Of a DNA stretch of 64,000 bases, positions 61,876-64,000 are shown in pieces; position 1 is the stretch's first letter; each line of letters starts with the position of its first letter. A program made the position numbers and the translations under genes. The stretch lies in the IMG/VR virus record IMGVR_UViG_3300014137_000003. The stretch is one strand, 5' to 3'. The DNA comes from a virus. The notes beneath the pieces are model-generated. The model made no database searches, was not told the origin of the DNA, and was given only the letters and a program-made list of their open reading frames with translations.

Positions 61876-62169
61876 ATGAGAAAACGAAAAAGACCTAGAA
61901 ACAATATAGATTCAGTGGGTGTCGACATAGAGACTTTCGCCAATACTTATGTAGTAACTAGACCTAACGGTAAAGTTCGGGACTATCCTCAAAGTAGGGC
62001 TGTTACAGTTACACCAGGGTCTAAGCATGGTCGATACTATACCAATGGAAACGTGACTGCAACCTCTCTAGAAACTGACCTTAATCAGGTTATAATCCCA
62101 AGAAGCACGGCTTTCTCAAAGATAAAAAGAGTTGTAGCTTGGCTAGGAGGAGAACATCACCCTAGATGA
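61876..62169 (+). CDS. hypothetical basic protein
   Basis: 97-aa ORF with N-terminus MRKRKRPRN. Confidence 0.5.
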   Translation: MRKRKRPRNNIDSVGVDIETFANTYVVTRPNGKVRDYPQSRAVTVTPGSKHGRYYTNGNVTATSLETDLNQVIIPRSTAFSKIKRVVAWLGGEHHPR

Positions 62170-62282
62170 AGAGGTTGAATTTGACCTAGGTAACGGCATT
62201 GATTTAGTGAAGTAGGTATATTTATTTTGATTCTTGTTAGAGTAGTTTCTTCATGAGCCTTGCTTTCGACCTTTGCATTCGG

Positions 62283-62288
62283 TATAAT
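62283..62288 (+). promoter_or_regulatory. -10 box (TATAAT)
   Basis: CGGTATAATAATTATAGT upstream of 62315. Confidence 0.5.
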
Positions 62289-62314
62289 AATTATAGTCTC
62301 TTTTAGGGGGTTTT

Positions 62315-62644
62315 ATGTATAGTGCTTTAAATGAGAAGCATCTAAATTACTTAAGGAGTAAGGAGGGTGCTTATTATGAAACATGCCTTGCTCTAGCAAC
62401 TAAGTTAGCTAAAAGCAGGGAAATTAAGGTAGTTGACCTCTATGGAGTTCAGCTATCGATTAGGGGTATAAATGATGATATCGTTATCTTGTATAATACT
62501 AGCAGAAATTCTGTAAAGATTTATAAGTATGTAGGTGGATCTTACAAACTAGTCGAAGAAGGAATTAAGCTTAGCTTCAACTTAGGGGTATCTACCTTGA
62601 GTGAGGAGTTATTAAAATTAGACAGGGTTTGGGAAGTTAAATAA
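62315..62644 (+). CDS. hypothetical protein
   Basis: 109-aa ORF with an AGGGGGTT SD. Confidence 0.55.
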   Translation: MYSALNEKHLNYLRSKEGAYYETCLALATKLAKSREIKVVDLYGVQLSIRGINDDIVILYNTSRNSVKIYKYVGGSYKLVEEGIKLSFNLGVSTLSEELLKLDRVWEVK

Positions 62645-62663
62645 TGGAAGGAGCAATAAGTAT

Positions 62664-63552
62664 ATGTCATACTTAAACACTCCAGCAGATGAAGTTTCGA
62701 AAGAAGAAATCTTCGCCAATGAAGATAACTATCATCGCTGGAATTATTTATCGATTGAACCAGTTTCTACTGGTTACGAAGAGGATTTACCAGAAATCCA
62801 CAAATACACTAAAGAGATGTATGACTCTTTAGGGGATGGTACTGGTCGCAAGACAAAAGAACAGCAAGAGATGATTGAGAAGGTAAGGGCGATTTACCGT
62901 AAGAAAAATATCTTACCTATCAATTATTACTCGCTCTTAGGGGTGCAGCAAGAAATTCATAGATGTATTGGTTACGAGGCAACCTTTGACGGTGATACCG
63001 TTAATACAGGTGCAGGGGTTGGTACAGGACTTTGTAATTTCTTCTTCCCTAATCTGTATGATACGGCAAGTATTCAAGATGAGGATAAGAAGAAAGATGG
63101 TGCTGACACTCTTTACGGTAAGTTTATGAATGACAAGTACCTTGACAGGGCTATTCAGTTCTGCTTTGGGTATAAGGACGGGGATGCAGTTCCATCCTAC
63201 GTTATGGGTGGTCTTCGATTAGTAGGTTCGGCACCTAGTAATTTCCGTCCTATGAATGCACAGGCTATTTATGAGCGGTTCTGCCCAGAGAATGGGGTAA
63301 TCTTTGATACCTCTAGTGGCTTTGGTGGTCGCTTGGTAGGTGCGTTGACGTCTAAGAAGAATTTCACTTATGTAGGAACTGACCCTAACATGGAGTCTAT
63401 GTACAACACGCATCGAATAGCAGAAGCTATTGAGGGTGTTACTGGAAGAACTGGCTCTTACGAGTTGCATTGTTGTGGTTCTGAGCTTGATGACCTTATG
63501 GAAAAAGAGTCATGGGCTGATTTCCATTTCAGTTCGCCACCTTATTTTGAGT
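62664..63552 (+). CDS. DNA methyltransferase (N6-A or N4-C type), exon 1
   Basis: Motif I VIFDTSSGFGGRLVG, then YVGTDPN, then motif IV FSSPPYF, which is followed at once by a stop. The remaining catalytic and target-recognition regions are missing. Confidence 0.7.
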
Positions 63553-64000
63553 AATTGAGCTCCGTATCTCTGGTGACAGGGGTATGTCCTTACAAGCGTT
63601 AAACACTAGGAAGTCCTTAAAGCCCTACTGCTAAAACAGAGTTGGAAACGACAAATGGTAAAGTAGCGAAAGCGGAAAGAAGAGTAGGGATACCAATAAG
63701 CTGAAATAAAAGCTATAACTATTCTTGGTTATGGTGCTAAGTTGGTGTAAATAGGGTATTTAGTTACGAACCTCTAAGGCAAATTAGCTATGAGGCACGT
63801 TCATCGACTAGGTTCTTGGAAGGAACCGACCGGAAGGTCTTAATGTAGCCTAGCAAGTGCAGGCGAAAAATGCTTGGGCTTTGTTTATAAGCAAAGTTTA
63901 ACACATAGTCACGTCTTACATCGTAAGGGTGTAAGCTACTGAAATAGTAGGGTTAGGGGTAACGTCCTAGCAAAGATCGTTAGAAAATTATGGCGAACAT
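63553..64000 (+). mobile_element. putative group I intron (5' part, continues beyond the window)
   Basis: A P1-like pairing joins exon GAGU (63549-52) to GCUC (63559-62) with a U:G at the splice site. The intron starts with AATTGAG, as I recall for the T4 td intron. GNRA hairpins occur at 63666-73 and 63828-39. More than 440 nt follow with no ORF. Confidence 0.55.

Noticed and set aside
501-63470. All minus-strand ORFs in the track, for example 501-734, 6056-6364, 8024-8215, 19378-19617, 23891-24097, 33605-33886, 41569-41793, 45660-45929, 55282-55815 and 63219-63470.
   Set aside because: Each lies antisense to a longer + strand ORF that has recognisable motifs or an SD box. None has its own promoter or SD, and their compositions are low-complexity (Ser, Leu and Thr rich) mirror images. 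I treat them as spurious.
1-64000. Prophage borders, an integrase, transposases, rRNA, or known defence or anti-defence cassettes.
   Set aside because: I recognised no recombinase or transposase motifs, no att-like direct repeats, no rRNA-like sequence and no hallmark defence genes. The region reads as a continuous lytic-phage early and replication segment.

Overview
The window reads as a 64-kb stretch of a large, probably virulent, phage of a low-GC Gram-positive host. Host-like genes (RNase HIII, GtfA/GtfB, a DUF1002-like secreted protein) suggest Lactobacillales. All credible genes (about 85) are on the + strand and tightly packed. Every minus-strand ORF in the track lies antisense to a longer + ORF.

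Layout:
- 1-10 kb: RNase HIII, a PLP enzyme, small membrane proteins, a gtfA/gtfB glycosyltransferase pair and secreted or membrane morons.
- 10.8-24 kb: small early-type genes, including a 6-7 member paralog family.
- 24.4-28.5 kb: an RNA island with a tmRNA, canonical tRNAs and several aberrant tRNA-like RNAs.
- 28.5-54 kb: a replication and recombination module. It holds an acidic-tailed candidate SSB, a phosphoesterase, a split Rad50/SbcC, Mre11/SbcD, a 1448-aa P-loop protein, a J-domain protein, SmpB, HU, a UvrD-like helicase and a DHH/RecJ-like protein.
- 54-59 kb: an actin-like ParM module.
- 62.7-64 kb: a DNA methyltransferase gene that appears to be interrupted by a group I intron running off the window.

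Eight canonical tRNAs were folded by hand, six in the island and two (Arg-TCT, Met-CAT) upstream, plus one more (Arg-CCT) at 46 kb. About 25 near-identical extended -10 promoters (TGGTAnAAT followed by AtTAGTAT) and about a dozen hairpin terminators punctuate the region.

Most unusual observations:
1. A strand-specific hexamer, GGGGTA(T), recurs roughly every 250-300 nt in all codon phases.
2. A 142-nt RNA is built from two tRNA cloverleaf bodies joined through their anticodon stems (a permuted tRNA nested in another tRNA).
3. The phage carries a complete trans-translation set (tmRNA plus SmpB).
4. 21-bp-phased TTTTCCGAAA iterons flank the helicase gene.

Protein family calls come from motifs I recognise from memory. 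No database search or folding program was available, and motif counts were made by eye.
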